A stretch of DNA of 32,000 nucleotides from Alphaproteobacteria bacterium (GTDB taxonomy: Bacteria; Pseudomonadota; Alphaproteobacteria; Rs-D84), in assembly GCA_017475605.1 (NCBI GenBank), contig JAFVFD010000004.1:90001-122000 (forward strand), read 5' to 3'. How positions within the stretch are numbered: position 1 is the first letter of the stretch; the number at the start of each line of letters is the position of its first letter. Below the pieces are notes generated by a model. That model did not search any database and had not been told where the DNA came from. It saw only the letters and a list, made by a program, of their open reading frames with translations. Shown here one piece after another: positions 31,754 through 32,000 of the stretch. The position numbers were made by a program, and so were the translations under genes.

Positions 31754-32000
31754 TTAATAGCGACCAATGCACCCCAAATATGAATTGCCGGTCGATTCGA
31801 GTATATTTATAAACTGATTTTGATTTTTGCCCGAAAACAGTGCCAAAATCGTTCCTGCATCGGTCGCCAACATATCCGCAACCGTCGCAATAGACGAATT
31901 CATTTTCTTGAAAAAGCCACTTGTTGGGTATATTTCCGCCGCAAATAACTGGTGTCCACCACGCATTGTTGCGGACGTTTCCGCCCGAATAACCATTAAC
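31754..32000 (-). CDS. 3' end of an unidentified ORF (the frame stays open to the window edge)
   Basis: The frame ends at the stop at 31754-31756. The codon upstream of the track's ATG (31996) is TTA, so the ORF probably continues beyond 32000. I recognise no motif in ...ATVADMLATDAGTILALFSGKNQNQFINILESTGNSYLGCIGRY. Confidence 0.35.
   Translation of the reverse strand, partial: LMVIRAETSATMRGGHQLFAAEIYPTSGFFKKMNSSIATVADMLATDAGTILALFSGKNQNQFINILESTGNSYLGCIGRY

Noticed and set aside
31745-31754. Perfect 10-bp palindrome ATTCGCGAAT next to the stop of the partial ORF
   Set aside because: It is too short to distinguish from chance. It overlaps a stop codon and has no partner motif.

Overview
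This is a chromosomal, mostly housekeeping window from a diderm (Gram-negative) bacterium. Several proteins look alphaproteobacterial: a Cys-less L31 with HSAWTG, a SuhB-type N-terminus DFGEVENLQ, def-fmt-truA linkage and a small MerR. That lineage call is inference only. Most protein genes are on the minus strand and tightly packed, with many ATGA/TAATG overlaps. From left to right the window holds: pyrG (partial) | comEC | truA<-two tandem Cys-rich miniproteins<-fmt<-def<-rmuC | HAD hydrolase | marR-tolC-(very short adaptor)-RND efflux operon | tRNA-Gln | membrane-anchored flavodoxin | tRNA-Glu | gyrA-merR | rpmH, preceded by a consensus promoter and a 41-codon hydrophobic ORF | valS coupled to an acyl-ACP thioesterase | an AT-rich plus-strand cassette of three mutually paralogous ORFans | comF | a secreted 427-aa protein | a reduced dcw segment (murG<-ftsW<-mraY<-mliC) | class A PBP | an active-site-degenerate suhB co-transcribed with rpmE | a partial ORF. 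I found no transposase, integrase, CRISPR array, rRNA or recognisable defence gene. The best candidates for something undescribed are the three-gene paralog cassette (21.4-22.8 kb) and the pair of Cys-rich miniproteins inside the def-fmt-truA operon (4.09-4.51 kb). The hairpin-less RND adaptor and the catalytically dead SuhB are the best unusual variants of known families. The supplied ORF track uses TTG/GTG as M, so several starts were trimmed to ATGs with better context. All promoter, terminator and operator calls come from motif reading only.
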